Translations under genes and position numbers: made by a program
Assembly (NCBI RefSeq): GCF_009914755.1
Contig: NC_060934.1
Length of the DNA stretch: 64,000 nucleotides
Origin: the human T2T-CHM13v2.0 reference genome, Homo sapiens
Direction: 5' to 3' (one strand)
The notes under the pieces: generated by a model
Told to the model about the DNA's origin: nothing
Seen by the model: the letters and a program-made list of their open reading frames with translations, nothing else
Database searches by the model: none
Shown: piece by piece, positions 13,721-28,130 of the stretch
How positions within the stretch are numbered: position 1 is the stretch's first letter
Layout: every line of letters starts with the position of its first letter

Positions 13721-14260
13721 ACCCAGCTTGGAAACTGCCTATGTTGCTTCCACACTCCAGCAGTTGAGAGGCTGGGGCTCAACTTCACCCTACCGCTCCC
13801 TGGTTTCAGGGCCTTCTCAAGCTCCTCAGCTGTGCTGTCAGGTAAGAGCATTGTCGCTCTCATCCAGGGTCACATAAGCACATGGAGGGGCCATATGAGG
13901 TGCCTGGCCCACAGCGGGTGCTCAGACAACACTCTGGACAGCTGTGGTTTGGGGAGGGTTTTCAGGCACTGTGCACAGGTGCAAATGGGACCGTCTGAGG
14001 CCCACTCCAGTGGGGATGAGGCAGCTGGGATCCCCATTCTCTGAAGCCTCTCTGTGAGGCCTGGAGGAGGATGCCAGGTGCTCGCACATGTCCCAGTCTG
14101 CCCTTCTTGGCCCTTCTTTGTTTCCCTGATCCTGTCTAGGGCCTAGCAGGGCCTGCAGCCAGTGCAGACTCTCGATCATGCCCCTGAGCCCAGGCAAAAG
14201 TGCCTTCAGAGCATACCCAGCTTGGAAACTGCCTATGTGGCTTCCACACTCCAACAGTTG
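13721..14260 (+). repeat. 46-bp direct repeat pair (13721-13766 and 14215-14260)
   Basis: acccagcttggaaactgcctatgt(t/g)gcttccacactcca(g/a)cagttg; 44/46 identical, 494 bp apart. Confidence 0.95.
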
Positions 14261-15207
14261 GGTGTAAGGCAGGTGGGAAATAAACCCATTTGTCCACCAT
14301 GTGCTGAGCATCTGTCCTGAGCCACATTCCAAGGAGAATGAATTGAATGTGTGGTCCCTGCCTCTCACACTGTCCTCTTGAAGGAAGGCCCATGCCAAGG
14401 CACAAGTGCAATGTGCCACAAGCTCACAAGAGTATTCAGGGGTTGAGAACAGGAAAAAGCTGCATTGCCACTGATGAGGGAGGTGGGTATTGCAGGGGAA
14501 GGCCCTGGAGCTGGCTTTGAAGGACAGCATAGAGACACAGGCAGAGGCTGGTGGGAGAGCACAGGCTCCAGAGGAAAGACACCCATGCTACAGCCTCTGC
14601 CCCATTGCCGATTGTGGAGCATGCTGGAGTTCTCCACTGCCCTCTGGATCCCCGTCCACCTTTGTCCAGCCTGCTCAGCCCTGGAGGCACCTTCCTGTTC
14701 CTGACCCCCTGGCTTCTGGTGGGTGGCACCAAGGGCAATAGCAGCGGGAGATCCAAAGTGGGGAGGGGAGAGGGCCTGAGGAGTGTACCATCCTGGCTCC
14801 CTCCCAGCTGCCTCCTGGTTTGTCAGGAGCTGAGTCCCTCTCTGCAGACCCCTGATGGTGACACCTCTCCCAAAGCTGCAGCTAACGCATGGTGCATTCC
14901 AGGAACCTCCCCTCTCCTTGTCCCTTAAGGTCTAGGATGGAAACAGCATCCCATGGGTACTTGTCATTGGATGTGTCACCTCCCTCATTGTCCCTTAGGC
15001 TTGCCCACACCCCTGCATTAATGCTGCACAGAGTCACTGTTGGAGTGGCCCCTCAAACTGTGACCACTGAATCTAATATTTCCAAGCTCTATGACCTTGA
15101 GCTAACAGTGACAATTATTGTGTATAATTAGAGCCATATGTCAACATAAAAGCAGGACATTCGCTGGAGCCTGTGTTACAGGTTTTAGCATCTTTCTTTT
15201 GGTAACT

Positions 15208-15356
15208 TAGTCCTCACTATGAGCCTGAGACTGGTGCACTCCTGCCTCCTCCATGTCGCAGATGAGGAAAGCAGGCACAGAAGGAGGTTGTCAGCCTGTA
15301 AGTAAGGGAGCCACTGGAACCGGAGTCGGTCCATTTCCAGAGCTCGGCTCTTACCC
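15208..15356 (-). mobile_element. MIR
   Basis: cagatgaggaaagcaggcacaga...ttccagagctcggctcttacc. Confidence 0.6.
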
Positions 15357-15729
15357 TGGTCATCTCTGGGAGCCACAGTGTCCCCAAGCTGTTTTGGAGA
15401 TTCTGAAGCAGGATGCAGGGAGAGGCTCTCAAAGGAGACCTCCAACAGGAGCTGCTGGGCAAGTGAAATCGGGGCTCGGGGAGCAGCAGAGACTCTCGAG
15501 AAATCAGGCAGTGTTCATAGAGATATGAGAGTCATGAGAACTACACTTTCCTGAGAGGAAGGCAGGAAGGGGCTGAAGGCAGAGTGCAGAGAAACAGGGA
15601 CACCAAAGTGAAAGGAGACGGAAGGGAACTCTCAGACTGGTCAGGGAAAGAACTGGGGAGACTTCCCAAGTGCCACCTGCCTGCCAGTGAACGCTCATAA
15701 GAACATTCCACTGAGGGAAGAGGGTGTCA

Positions 15730-15845
15730 ATCTCCTTTCATAAATGAGGAAACCCATGTTCAGAATGGCTCGGGAACTTGCCCAAAACCTCAGCCTCAAA
15801 CTGCAGAGTCAAAATCCAACCCTAGGCTCATCTGATGCCACAGAC
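15730..15845 (-). mobile_element. MIR
   Basis: aaatgaggaaac...aacttgcccaa...ccctaggctcatctgatgcca. Confidence 0.6.
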
Positions 15846-16102
15846 TCTTCAGGGAGATTGACAGCAGGAAGGGGCCTCAGAAACTGAGAAAGGGGAAATT
15901 CAGTGATGTCAATGATGGCCACAGTGTATTTTAGCAGAGTCCAAGGGAAACACAGCTTGCTCACTTTGCCCACAGTCACAGGTAAATAATCCCTGACTCA
16001 CAATGCACTTTTCCACCAAGGTGGTACTTTGTCTAGCATCTTCCGCCCGTCTGTGGTCGGGGTGTGCTCCCATCCCAGACATGACCTTATCTGTTTTCTT
16101 AC

Positions 16103-16210
16103 CTCTGGATTTCCGCTTGTTAAACACAGACTGCCAGACGATGACCAGCATGAAGAGCAGAATGCTGAGGATCCCCACGCAGCACACGAGGACAGCATAC
16201 ACATAGAGAT
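16103..16210 (-). CDS. VSTM4: VSTM4 exon 4 (108 nt; transmembrane helix plus basic stop-transfer KRKSR)
   Basis: Acceptor ccttgcctttcag|AT with CTGAC branch site ~27 nt upstream; donor AGAG|gtaaga; hydrophobic run YVYAVLVCCVGILSILLFMLVIVW. Confidence 0.96.
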
Positions 16211-16304
16211 CTGAAAGGCAAGGACAGACACGTGAGTCAGCCTTCTGGGGGCCGCAGCAGAAGTGCGCTGGCAAGAGAACAATCAGAATTGGAATATTTG
16301 AAAT

Positions 16305-18057
<1,753 letters not shown>

Positions 18058-18098
18058 TCTAAGTTGAACAGTTAAACCATGTTCATGTACATACATCT

Positions 18099-18250
18099 CT
18101 TTTAGAGATAAGGTCTCACTCCGTCACCCAGGCTGGAGTGCAGTGATAAAATCACAGCTCACTGCAGCCTTGAACTCCTGGGCTCAGGAGACCTTTCCGC
18201 CTCAGCCTCCTGAGTAGCTAAAATTACAGGCATGAGACTCAGTGCCCAGC
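18099..18250 (-). mobile_element. Alu monomer (FRAM/FAM-like)
   Basis: Single arm with J-type ctcactgcagccttgaactcctgggctca. Confidence 0.8.
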
Positions 18251-18769
18251 TACATATACTTACATTTCTTAAACTCTAATAATCAACGTTATCATTAGTC
18301 TGATCAATACAATGCCAAGCTGCTCAGAAAGTGAAAAGGGAAGCCAAAAGCATTATTCTAACCATCTTTGAAGAAAAATGCCACAGGCATTTATTTGAAC
18401 TTAGCAAAAGTGTTTCTCTGTTGACTTAACTTTCTACAACCAACAGACATTTACTATCAGCCATGGTCAGTACTTTCCTGAGTCCAAGAAAGATAAAAAT
18501 GCACACACAAAGGCTTTCTCTTCAAGAAATAGAGGACCACTTAGTAAGTGTAACAATAAGAACGTGTGTCCAATACCAGGAACACTCAGAGACACCCAGC
18601 CCAGCCTGGGGAGGCTGAGAGAAGCTTCCAAGAGGACTAGAGTTCTGCACCGAGTTGTATTTAAAATAACAAAAAATACAAAAATGTATAGAAAAAAAGC
18701 CATTGGCCATCCTGTCACCCTGAGATAACTACTATTAATAAATATTTGGTATACTTTATGATGAATATG

Positions 18770-19090
18770 CATATATTTTTAAATTGAGATCATATACTTT
18801 CACATCTTTTTTTCAATTTCTCTCATTTTCTCAATAAATTCTTTTCAAAAATGATTCAGAATCATTTTGAAAAATATGATAAAAGTTTATCATATTAATA
18901 TATCAGCAATGATTTAACAATCTCTTACTATTGGCTACTCAAAGTGTTTCTACCTGTTCCCCATCATAAATAATTCTGTGGTGAGCATTCATGAACTTAA
19001 ACCTTAGTACAACTTTCACAATATGTTCTCAAGATTAAGTTCCTAGAAGTGGAATAGCTGAGTCAACAGGAAAAGAACATTTGTAAAGCC
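18770..19090 (-). mobile_element. L1ME 3' fragment
   Basis: ttcctagaagtggaatagctgagtcaa antisense L1 motif. Confidence 0.6.
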
Positions 19091-21264
19091 CTTGTGGCGT
19101 GGAGAAGCAGTTAGTTAAGTGCTTAAGCTGAAAAAGCAAGCCTACTGGGAGTAGCAGGTGGCTGGCTCCCAGGGAGAGCCTGGAGAAGCAGGTCAGGCTT
19201 ATGGTTAATGAGAAGAAAGGGGGCATGAAATGGAATCAGACATTCAGGTTCCTTTTGACTCTCCCCTCCCTGGCCTAGGCCCCAGGGAAGCCCAGCAGAA
19301 CCTCTGCCCCTGGAGTCTATGAGATCTTCCTGTGTTCTTAAGGCAGTCAGCATTTTTGCCTAAGCTAGTTTGAATAGATTTCTGCTCTTGGCAATTTAGA
19401 TGTCTGGACTGAAAATAAAATAAGTAGAAAGTGCCTTAGGGCAAGGTAGCAGGTGAAGGGTGCATCTGCACTAACATTTAAGGAGAGAGGGGCAGGTGTG
19501 TGGAAGGGAGTCTCCTACAAAGGATCAGAGCTAGTCATGGATGCAGAGGAGGGCTGGGGCGAGAGTTCTGGAAGCCCAGAAGAAAGCACTGTAAGAAGGA
19601 TGCCTTAATAGCATCAACTGCTGGAAAACATCCACTCTGTTTTGCTCCTAGGAAGCTACTGGGAAAGTCTTGGAGGAAAGCCCTGTCAGTAGGCTGGTGG
19701 GGGCAGAGTCAGGTTAGAGAGGTCCAGAAGCTGATGGAATGTGAGGAGCTTGAGAAAGTTCTCACATATCTAAAAATCAAAACTGCCTTTCTAGTAAATG
19801 CCTGTGTCTCTGATGTGTGGGCTCTGTAGATTAACAGGGTGGAGAACTCTGTGAGGGGTCAGAATTAGGAGAGAGGCTGCAGCATCCATTTAAACAGTGT
19901 GAAACTCAGCAACAGGACTCTTGGATTCTGGACAAGACACTTCATGACGAACTCAGGGACAGAGCAAAGTTCACAGACCAGGATTTGTGGCAGGATCCCA
20001 GGGCACAGGATGGCCACAACCCAGCAAACCCACGGCCAGTCCTGCCTTTCCACATTGGTCAGCAAACTACTCCAGAACAGGATGGCAGAGCCCTTGCTGG
20101 CAGGAGAAGATGGTGAACAACACAGTCAGGCTGCCAGGCCGACAGAACCTCAGGCAGGTGAACACAGCACCTGCCTGGAAGGGACTATGCAAATGTGGTC
20201 CCCAGACCAAAAGGCAGAGAAACTTGCCTTTAGTCTTATTCATGGAGTGGAGAGAAAAATTGTCTTACAAAAGCTTCCATGCCCATGGAGCACAGCAGCT
20301 GATCCACAAGCTCACCTCTTCATCTGAGCTCTTTCCTTCGCTTCAGAACAGCAGGAACCCAGGAGGGACAAGGTTGCAGGTAAGAACCGCAGTAGGCATC
20401 TCTCCCCAAGTGTCCCTAGCAGCATGCTGCAGACATTTGGGGCACACTCTGCCCAGGCAGGAGGTGAGGGGCTTCAAAAGGCCCAAGCTACAGTTTCAGT
20501 TCACAGCTTCCTCAACATGGCTCAAAGGGGGCTCCCCACAGGCAGCCAGGGCTACAGAATCAGAAAACATCTGGCGACTCTGGAAGGCTCAGCTGGCCGC
20601 CAAACACACAGGCCTCCAGTTATGGACACCAGCCAGCGGGCACCTCCTGCCTGCGTGTGGCTCCCCACACACACAAGACCGGTCATGGCCACTCTCTGTT
20701 TTGTTCTTGAAGCTACAGATCTGTAAAAAGTGCTGCCTTGCAGGAGAAGAAAAGCTCAGAAAGACCACCTGAGTTCCCCTTGATTGAGCAGCAACCAGTA
20801 TGCCTATGTTCCGAATTTTTTTTCCTTCTGTTACAAGCATTCCTTTTGTTGCATAAAGATAACCACCCTGCTGTGTCCACTCAAAACATGAAAACCCCCC
20901 TCCCTGGCTGTTCTCTGCAAACAACAGTTAAACTCTGAGCCATTGAAGCCAGGGTCACAAATTCCTACGACTGCAGAGTCACCTTCCTGTCATGTCAGCT
21001 AATGCAAAGCCCTGCCGCACTCAGTTCCAGGGCACTGCTCTCAGGCTGGAATGCCCGCCCAGTGGTGCCAGATCTTCCAATTCATCCTTTACCTTTTTAT
21101 GTAAAAATCTCTCTATAAAATGTTGGCTCAAAAGTTTTAAAACTCAGACTAGGCCAAATAATGCTGGTTGAAAGGTTGAAGCCAGACCTTTCAACAAAGG
21201 CTTGAGTTTAACAAAATATCTGCAATTAATCAAATCTGGAGTTCACTTTTAAAATACCACATAT

Positions 21265-21610
<346 letters not shown>

Positions 21611-23727
21611 CTAAAAATCATGTTACATTCCCTTTCTCTTAAATCATTTACAGTTTTGTCTTTTGCCATTGAACTTCCAAAGGCATCACTGCCATTTTTA
21701 GACTCAACTGCAAGCTGCCATGTAGAAAATGCCCAGGCCTCCCTGAAGCAGATGGCAGGGCTGGCAGGCTGGAGCAGCTGCCCATGCAGAGACAGGCCAA
21801 GACTGGGGTGCATAATGTCAGCATGCCAGCTCCCGCCCTCCCAAACAGCCCCACCAAGCCAGGGCCAGGCAGATGGCACCTGTTGCCCAGCAACCCTGAT
21901 CCCAGCAGGGGTATATTCAGTGCTCCTTTGAAAAAGAGTGACCCCAGTGCCCCTCAGCAGAGTCCAGGAACCCCGCTCTCCCCTGCTTTCTGAATCAAGA
22001 AAGTAAGCTTCAGTCTTGTACATTTCCAGGGCAAATGGAAAAGTCAGGAGATAGCAGTTTGAGACATAAGGCTGTGTATTTCTATTTTTTAATCCAGCCT
22101 GTAATACCATCTTGCTCAGGGTGAAATACCTGAGTGATAGCCCCAAAGGATTTTAACTCACTCCAGCATCTCACAAAGAGGCCTGACAATCAATGCCTCT
22201 TTTGTGCAGTGGGCTCACAGCCAGGATGAACTAAGCCGCAGGAGGATGGATATCCATCCACAACCCCTACTGTAGCTCTCTCGTCCAGGAACAAAAGGGC
22301 AAAAGGCCTGGGATCATGCGCCAGGGAGTTTCAACTGTACCTCTAACCTCGCCAAAGCTACGGCTGGGTTAAAAAAGCAAAGCACGGAGACGCTGCTGCT
22401 GCCGAAATCATAGGAAAAGATTGGTCTGTAAACAGCTGCTCTGAGGCAGGCACTACACATAGCGAGAATGCCAGTTCTGCTTTTGGATGAGGCCTGATTC
22501 TCTCTGTTGAGAAGAGAGCACATACTGGGCTACAGATTTCATGTAGAGAGTTAGGTCGGGAGTAACCCTGACATTCTATAGCTGCACATGAATTATGAGA
22601 TACTGTTAATTGCACAAAGGGTTTCAGAAATGCTGATTATGCTGTGGGGTATGTTGGGTCTAAATGCCACAATCTTTCCAAATATATGGTCTTGTTTTTG
22701 CACCATGGCATTTTCAAAGTATGGTCCTCAGACCACTTGCATAGGAATCACCTGTGGCCCTGAAAGTTCTCTGATCCCTTCCTAATGTTATAACCAGAAC
22801 CTCAGGGGCTGGAGCCTGAAGTCTCCCTGGAAGATTCTGATGCATCTGATGATACATAAGGCTCCAGCTGTCACATCCCTAGTGATCTACCCTTGCCACA
22901 GCCAGGCCCTCTCCATATCCCAACCCATCACAGTGCCTGGTCACAGGGCAGCTCCAGAGACATGGGGCAAACATCAATGGGGTTGCCTCAATTTTACTAA
23001 ATAGTAATGAGAAAGGTAAACCTTGCCCTTACTACTGCTTCACTCTATGAGAAGTAAAGTCATTTTCATTTCTTTGCCAATGCCAATGAGTAGGCATTCT
23101 CTTAATGAGAGGCTGAGTGGGAGAAATGGGGATTATTTTACTAGGAGGCAGTCATCAAATAAAGAAAAAGGCAACTACAAAAATGCAGAGAAACATCAGG
23201 AAATACAAAGAATCACTGTTGGATTCTCATGAGTGCAATCTCATAAACAAAATATTTATGACTACAAAACAAAACAATTAATCCTAGAGGCCTATGTGGG
23301 TGACACCTTATGGTCTGCAAACGATGTTCACAATAAAAGTTACATTTTCCTAAGACAGAATGTGTTTCAGTCTACTGCTTTATAACTAGGCATTGGAAGG
23401 GGTGAGCTTGAAAGCAAGTACTTGCTCCCTAAGGATGGCCCTCCTTCTGCCAGATCATACAATGGGTTAACAAAGGGTGACAGTAAGGCCTCAAGACATG
23501 TGCCTCTCCTTAGAGACTTTTGGCTAGATCATTCCTCATCAATAAATGTTGTACCATCACCAGACATAATCTTTACAAAGTTCCTGACCACCTTTGAACA
23601 TTAATCAGCCTTTCACTGATCCAAAGCTCTGCCAGAGAACTCACAAAGTGCATTCTTTAATTGCTTATGATCATAATCCTCACCCACTTTATGATAATAA
23701 TTTCTCCGAACTTTCCTTACTCCAAGA

Positions 23728-23937
23728 CAGGGTTTTCCAACCTCAGCACTCTGGATACTTGGAGCCAAAATTCTTTGTCATGGGGACTATCCTGTGTATT
23801 GTAGGATTGGCATCATCCTTGGCCCCTGCCACTAGATGCCAGGAGTACCCCCAAAAGCTGTGACAACCAAAGATACATGCAGACATTGGCAACTGTCCCC
23901 TGGAGTAGCAAAAGTCACCCACTGTTGAGAACCCCTG
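23728..23937 (+). mobile_element. MER20 (hAT-Charlie)
   Basis: cagggttttccaacctcagcact...gtgacaaccaaa...cagacattggcaactgtcccctg...gttgagaacccctg. Confidence 0.9.
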
Positions 23938-23944
23938 CCCTAAG

Positions 23945-24124
23945 GCCCAAACCTGAATGTGCATCAGAATTGCCTGGATGTCTTGTTAAACCCCGGATTT
24001 CTTGGGCACCATCCCTAGAATTTCTGATTCTATAAGCTAGGGCAGGGCACAGCCATGTGCATTTGGAACAAGCTCCCAGGTGATGCATATGCTGCTGGTC
24101 TGCAATCACACTTTGGGAACCACT
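23945..24124. mobile_element. MER5A
   Basis: tgcatcagaattgcctgg...acaagctcccaggtgatgc...cacactttgggaaccactg. Confidence 0.85.
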
Positions 24125-24134
24125 GTTCCAAGGC

Positions 24135-24280
24135 CATGGTTCTCAGCCTGGCTGCATGCTGCAATCATCTGGGGAGCTTTTAACAACTTCCAATTAAATC
24201 AGAATCTCTAGAGATGTGGTCCAGGCATTCATGTTCTTAACATTCCATGAGTGATTCTAGCATGGGTTGAAAATTACTTG
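24135..24280. mobile_element. MER5-family (MER5A1/B-like)
   Basis: catggttctcagcctggctgca...caattaaatcagaatctct. Confidence 0.7.
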
Positions 24281-24619
24281 GTTAAGGATTGCAGACTGTT
24301 TCTAGAACCCCAAACTCCTTAAGCAACCTGAAATAAAATGTAGTCACAGTAGAGGTACTTATCATTTTTATATCACTTGAAGATTCGTCCCTAATATCAC
24401 CTGGGAGTAGGAATTCTGGAGCAAAACAAAACAAACAAAAATTATGTGGACTGGTGCTTTAACTTCCACTCTTTCAAAACTGTGGGCTGATACTGTCAGG
24501 GATTTCCATCTCACTTTGAGTAAGTTTAGACCAAGAAAACAACTTAAAAACTAAGAAGTTAGGGTCCTTTCTTTATATTCTGTTTCCTTCCTATTGTCTA
24601 AAAGTGAGGCTGCATCTTA

Positions 24620-24795
24620 TCGTGGGGTGGGGGAAAGGGGGAGGGATGGCATTAGGAGATATACCTAATGTAAATGACGAGTTAATGGGTGCAGCACACC
24701 AATGTGGCACATGCATATATATGTAACAAACCTGCACGTTGTGCACATGTACCCTAGAACTTAAAGTATAATTTAAAAAAAAAGAAAAAGAAAAA
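24620..24795 (+). mobile_element. 5'-truncated L1PA (PA3-5-like) 3' end with A-tail
   Basis: ggcattaggagatatacctaatgtaaatgacgagttaatgggtgcagcacacc...gtaccctagaacttaaagtataat followed by poly(A). Confidence 0.95.
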
Positions 24796-24837
24796 GCAAC
24801 TATAGAGCAATAAAAAAAAGAAATATACAAGCTTTAC

Positions 24838-24906
24838 CTTCAAAAAATGCCCAAGTCTCTTTTGTTTTCTCAAAGGATGACTCTTCAGAAGCTTTGAGGG
24901 AAATGA
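24838..24906 (-). CDS. VSTM4: VSTM4 exon 3 (69 nt; stalk VISLKASEESSFEKTKETWAFFE)
   Basis: Acceptor tttttgtctttcag|TC, donor GAAG|gtaaag; phase 1-1; in frame with exons 2 and 4. Confidence 0.95.
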
Positions 24907-25602
24907 CTGAAAGACAAAAAAGAAACAGCACAGTATGAAAAAATAATGCCACATGGTACACATGGCACTTACATTTACAAAGCAATTTCTACATTTGCAA
25001 AACCACATTTAGTTGTCAAAACTCACATGTTAGGGAGGGGTGCAAGGACTTTACCTAACAGTTGGGAAACAAGGGGCACAGGAGAGGTTGAAGTTAAGTC
25101 GTCCATGTTTAAAAGCCAGTAAATGGCAAGCTCAGGATGCAGTTCAGTAAAAGCCCCACTTGCCCCATAGACTTGAAAAATAAGAAGTTCCCAGTGGCAA
25201 ACCCAATAATTAATACATGATTTATTTTACCATTTTAGTGGGAATCTTTCTAAAATGTAGTGTACTTGTCCCAGTATTCCTGGATAGAGGAACCTGAAGT
25301 CATCAGATGACTCAAGGTTAGTGCTCTGAGCACCATTCTCCATGCAAGACAGACCCACAGAGCCACAGGCATCTAATTGTGAGAACATTTTGTCTTCTTT
25401 CAGGTAATGGTAGATCACTGAATTCATTTTGCCTGCTTTCAACAGGCAGGGAAACAGAATTGAGTTACACTGTGTGAAACTTTGAACATCACATTAAAGG
25501 AGTCTGGACCCACGGAAAGTTTCCATGTACAGGGGTAACATCATCATAGGTAAAGATCTAGAAAACAGACTGATGAAAAATGTAAAATATCACGGAATGA
25601 GA

Positions 25603-25800
25603 TTATTGTTCAATAGAACCTTCTGAAGTTATTGAAATGTTCTATATCTGCACTGTCCAATACAGCAGCCACTGGACACATGTGGCTACTGAATACTTTA
25701 AATGCAGCCAGTCTTACCAAATAACTGAATTTTTACTTTTATTTAAGTTTAATTAATTTACCCAGCTACATGTGCTCAGGGGTTACCACAACGAAGAGCT
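25603..25800 (+). mobile_element. MER3 (hAT-Charlie)
   Basis: caatagaaccttctg...gaaatgttctatatctgcactgtccaatac...cacatgtggcta. Confidence 0.85.
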
Positions 25801-25929
25801 CTAGACAAGAGAATCTAGGACCAGAATTGAATGGAGATAGAATCAACACAAGAGACAAGAAATACGGCAAAGATGGCCTAGAACTTAAATTCGATTTACT
25901 GCCTCTCCCACAAACTTTTGTATTATTAT

Positions 25930-26700
25930 TGTCATGATCTCAATTCTGAATTTTCCTTCCTTTTGTCTCTCTGGGCCTTGCACTGGATATTTCCTATTGA
26001 CATATCTTCCAAATCATTAATTTTCTCTTCATCTGTGTTTAACCTTCTGTACAACCCTTCTATTAAGTTCTTAATTGCATTTATTCTTTTTATTCAGTTC
26101 TATATTATTTGTTTAATTCTTTTGTAGATATCTCAGTTCTCTAATGAATTTCTCTAGGTTGTCATCTAATTCTGCGACCATATCAATCATATTATTTTAA
26201 TGTCTATGCCTGATAAACTTTCATATTTGCACTTCCCATAGACTCCTTTCTGTTATCTGTTTTTGCTTTAGATCTTGTCTGTTGGAATGCCTGATAACTT
26301 TTTTCTAATTGAATGCCAGACATTGTATATAGAAAATCTTGGTGACTCTAGATAAAATTTTGGTTCCCTGATAGGAAGTTAGAGTAGGGGGATGGTCACT
26401 TTAATCCAATCAGGGTTTGAACTGTTGAGAGGCTTTCAGTTTTTATAGAATCCGCTCTATTTCTGGTTTGCCCTTACTCAGGGTTCATTCGGTCCTTCAG
26501 GGTTCCCCAGCAAAAATCCTGGGGTATTTACCACAACCTCCCAATTTTTATCTCACTGTTAGAACTGCCAAAAACTAACTCACCTCCTAAACATACTGGT
26601 TGTCACTTTCTCCATAGCTTCTCTCAACTAGCACTGCTTAAGTATGAGTGAGTTTCTTAGAGTTAAACGTCTCCAGCAATTGGGCTCACTTTGCTGCTTT
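25930..26700 (-). mobile_element. Old L1M 5'-region fragments
   Basis: T-rich antisense L1-like sequence resembling the L1 remnant near 1900-2800. Confidence 0.5.
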
Positions 26701-26754
26701 TCTCTGTGATCTAACTACCTATCTAGTCCTTCAGATAACAATTAAGATAGTTGG

Positions 26755-26930
26755 ATATATATGCACATATATATAATTATATATGTTATATATGTATATA
26801 TATACATATGTAATATATATGTATATATACATATGTAATATATATGTGTATATATACATATGTAATATATATGTATATATACACATGTAATATATGTATA
26901 TATACATATATATGTAATTATATAATACAA
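26755..26930. repeat. (TA)-rich tandem repeat, unit ~22-24 bp (atatatgtatatatacatatgta)
   Basis: Seen directly. Confidence 0.95.
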
Positions 26931-27774
26931 ATATATTTATGAAATGTAGATATGTGAATCAGAAAGCAGAAGTGCTGATAGACTTTATTTTCAGTTTTCC
27001 TAATTGTTCTCAGGAGGAGGGCTTTGCTCTGCTGAGAGGTTGCCTTGATCACAGAACTCCTTTGCCATTAGAACTTAAATTATTTAAAAAGTAGTGGCTA
27101 TATCTTCTACCTCTGTATTCCTATCACTGGGCACATTGCCTGGCAGCTGATAGGTGCTTGGTAAAATATATGAATTATATATTTCTTTCTGACTTCCTCC
27201 CAAAGGAAGCAACCTGGACCTCCAGGAAGGAGCTCTTAGTGAATATCTGACCTTGCATGTGATCTAAGATACATCAGACAATTTGTCCATCACACCCAAC
27301 CTCCTTGACCTGCTCAATACCCATAGCCCCTGTAATCTACTGACTGCCAGATTCCCCCTTCAAACACTTAAAATAAGAAACAGAGTGCATGTGGTTATTG
27401 TGAGCCCTGAGATTGAAAGAGCCAGTGGATTTTGTGGGTGGCCATGTTGGAAAACAAGTTAGCAGAATGGAGCGGAGCCTAGAACCTGCATAGCAGAGGG
27501 AAGATGAGAGGCCAAAGCTTGATGGCACTCTGGGCCCCACAAGGCCTGGCATGTTGTATTTACTCTCTTTGCATTCCAAGAGCTTTGCACCCTTAGACTG
27601 TGCCCACTTCTCTCCTGAAAAAGCTTGGCTGGATTTCCATGGCTTCAGCTAATCAAGCCTAGATAAGGATAAGAAGGTCCTGATGAAGACAACACGGAGA
27701 TGAACAATACACATATATCTTCAAGGAGCTTGGTTTCCAGGAGGCCAAGGATACCCATCATGGTGTGGACCCTT

Positions 27775-27935
27775 ACCACCCCACATGTGGTCCACGGGCC
27801 AGCAATGTCAGTGTCACCCGGGAGCTCCTCAGAAATGCAGAATGGCAGGCCCCATGCCGGATCTACTGAATCAGAATCTGCTTTCAAGCCCAAATCCCCT
27901 GGGTGAAATGTATGCCTTTTAAAATTTGGCAAACA
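27775..27935. mobile_element. MER5A
   Basis: gtgtcacccgggagctcctcagaaatgcagaat...ctactgaatcagaatctgc. Confidence 0.8.
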
Positions 27936-27944
27936 CATGCTCAC

Positions 27945-28130
27945 AGGGTTGAAAGACTCAATTGCCACTTGCTAGTTTTATGTCCTTGGATAAGTCACTT
28001 AATTTTCCTGTGCCTTATTTTACCCATTTGTAAAATGGGGATGATGAGAAATGCCCATGTCAGAGTAGATGCAGGGGTTAAAGGGGTTCATGTGTGTGAA
28101 GTGCTCAGAACAGTGCCTGAGACCTACTGA
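27945..28130 (+). mobile_element. MIR
   Basis: ccttggataagtcacttaattttcctgtgcct...tgtaaaatggggatgat...gtgctcagaacagtgcctg. Confidence 0.85.

Noticed and set aside
15909-16102. ~65-codon read-through past the exon 4 donor
   Set aside because: Strong AG|gtaaga donor and no recognisable protein; likely chance.
3939-16102. Intron 4 has no Alu in 12 kb and may be shorter than I recall for the reference
   Set aside because: My memory of reference coordinates is not reliable enough; aligning to GRCh38 would show whether a polymorphic insertion is absent.
19899-20772. 142-aa and 261-aa plus-strand ORFs
   Set aside because: Non-ATG starts, no recognisable domain, antisense within an intron.
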